NCBI GenBank assembly: GCA_017515985.1
Contig: JAFWDV010000017.1
Coordinates: 2,076 to 26,075, forward strand
DNA: 24,000 nucleotides
Origin: Clostridia bacterium
GTDB lineage: Bacteria > Bacillota > Clostridia > TANB77 > CAG-508
Direction: 5' to 3'
Below the pieces are notes generated by a model that worked only from the letters and a program-made list of their open reading frames with translations, searched no databases and was not told where the DNA came from. A program made the translations under genes and the position numbers. This document shows positions 22,871 to 24,000 of this stretch, piece after piece (position 1 is the stretch's first letter; each line of letters begins with the position of its first letter).

Positions 22871-23671
22871 CTACTTTGAATACTTGTTATTTGTCCAAGT
22901 TCCAGTATAACTTTTCCCATTTTTAGTATATGTACCTTTTCCATTAAACTTATTATCTGAAAAACTACCTTTATATACATCTCCATCTGAAAATGTGTAC
23001 GTACCTTCTCCATTCATACAATCATCCTTAAAACTTCCTGTGTACTTATCTCCATTTTTAAATGTATATGTTCCCGTTCCAGACATCTTATTGTTTTCGA
23101 AGCTTCCATCGTATGAATCACCTTCAGCAAATGTAATTTTACCTTTTCCGCTTATCTTATCATCTTTCCACTCACCTTCATATTTTGTACCATCTTTCCA
23201 TGTAAAAGTTCCATTTCCCTCTCTTTTATTATCATTAAACTCTCCGCTATACTCTCCATTCTCAAAAGATGGTACCGTTGGAGTAACTGGCTCTATAGAA
23301 TCTTCTGTATTAGTACTTTCTTCACTTTGAGTTTCATAAACGTCATTGTTATCCGCTATTACTCCTGAATTAGATGTTGTTGCATCATTGCTAGGTATTC
23401 CATTTATAAAAGTGAAAAATAATATCGTAAAAATAAAATATTTACCTATTTTTAAATATTTTATCCCATTCAATATTTTTCTAACTTGTGGTAATAATAT
23501 TATTCCAGCAAGCATTATTGCTATTGATGGTCCAGCAGCTTCTTTGCTATATACAAGACCACTCAAAATAAAAAAAACAGAAAATACATATGAAACAACG
23601 GTTAATACAATATTTTCCTTAGATTTATTTTCATCTACAATTCTTTTTCCTTGGTTATAATCACTTCTCAT
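22871..23671 (-). CDS. membrane-anchored MORN-repeat protein
   Basis: 266 aa. Three N-terminal hydrophobic helices, acidic linker, then about 6 tandem MORN units (YSGEFNDNKREGNGTFTWKDGTKYEGEWKDDKISGKG...YTGSFKDDCMNGEGTYTF...). Stop lies 9 nt before the hxsA start. Confidence 0.85.
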   Translation of the reverse strand: MRSDYNQGKRIVDENKSKENIVLTVVSYVFSVFFILSGLVYSKEAAGPSIAIMLAGIILLPQVRKILNGIKYLKIGKYFIFTILFFTFINGIPSNDATTSNSGVIADNNDVYETQSEESTNTEDSIEPVTPTVPSFENGEYSGEFNDNKREGNGTFTWKDGTKYEGEWKDDKISGKGKITFAEGDSYDGSFENNKMSGTGTYTFKNGDKYTGSFKDDCMNGEGTYTFSDGDVYKGSFSDNKFNGKGTYTKNGKSYTGTWTNNKYSK

Positions 23672-23712
23672 TAAAATCTCCTTAAATAGTAATATACACT
23701 TTTAGTTAGAAT

Positions 23713-23773
23713 ATCAAAAAATGTCGAAATATGCAAATTATTTTTATCTGCATATTTCGACATTTTTCGACTT
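23713..23773. repeat. 61-nt palindromic repeat, copy 2
   Basis: atcaaaaaatgtcgaaatatgcaa-12 nt-tgcatatttcgacatttttcgactt. 19-bp stem (23717-23735 / 23749-23767). Same orientation as copy 1. Sits between the transglutaminase-like gene stop and the MORN gene. Confidence 0.9.
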
Positions 23774-23793
23774 CATATATTTAATTAACTTTC

Positions 23794-24000
23794 CTACGCA
23801 GCTCCTGCATAGTCACTACCATTTAATGTTGGAACCTCAAAATCATCATCCAAAATATGAGAACTTATAAAATTCGCATTATTTGCTCCTCTTAAGAAAT
23901 ATGTATGATGTATTTGGTTTAACCATTCCTGGCTTGGTGCACCTTCACCATTAATCCTAGGATCATCCCAAGTAACATCCATAGCATACCATTCACCATC
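23794..24000 (-). CDS. C-terminal 68 codons of a transglutaminase-like domain protein (5' end outside the window)
   Basis: The frame is open to the window edge. GEWYAMDVTWDDPRING matches the Asp-containing strand (W..D.TWDDP) that closes transglutaminase-like cores. Confidence 0.5.
   Translation of the reverse strand, partial: DGEWYAMDVTWDDPRINGEGAPSQEWLNQIHHTYFLRGANNANFISSHILDDDFEVPTLNGSDYAGAA

Noticed and set aside
22831-23660. ORFs 22831-23013 (minus), 22995-23330 (plus) and 23346-23660 (plus)
   Set aside because: They are shadows of the MORN-repeat gene. Its repetitive G/T/Y/K codon usage leaves other frames open.

Overview
Low-GC Firmicutes/Clostridium-like chromosomal segment. All convincing genes except one are on the minus strand. 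Left third: core metabolism (partial dapA, asd, ppdK) mixed with accessory genes (653-aa transglutaminase-like protein, HicB antitoxin, dGTPase-family HD protein, GNAT, HD-domain protein). It also holds two visibly higher-GC insertions (about 3800-4915 and 10837-11965) carrying small orphan genes behind textbook promoters. Middle: a toxin-antitoxin/defence-flavoured patch. It has a DUF4160-DUF2442 pair bracketed by a 70-bp direct repeat, an XRE-HTH::ImmA/IrrE fusion with a small upstream ORF, and a PBECR4-like (BECR-fold RNase) gene. The PBECR4-like gene is preceded by a promoter, palindromes, a 2 x 54-nt head-to-tail repeat with compensatory hairpin substitutions, and a terminator-like hairpin. 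That layout resembles type III (RNA-antitoxin) TA loci. Next comes a cluster of small membrane/secreted proteins including an Ltp-type protein. Right third: a complete His-Xaa-Ser (Hxs) radical-SAM peptide-maturation cluster (hxsA precursor with 11 HxS triplets, hxsD, hxsC, hxsB). It is expanded by an embedded A24-family (prepilin-peptidase-like) aspartic peptidase and an upstream MORN-repeat membrane protein, and is followed by a candidate ~145-nt structured sRNA. This ~6-kb block is bracketed by two copies of a 61-nt palindromic repeat. I saw no rRNA, tRNA, CRISPR array, transposase or integrase. All family assignments come from reading motifs by eye and need profile searches.
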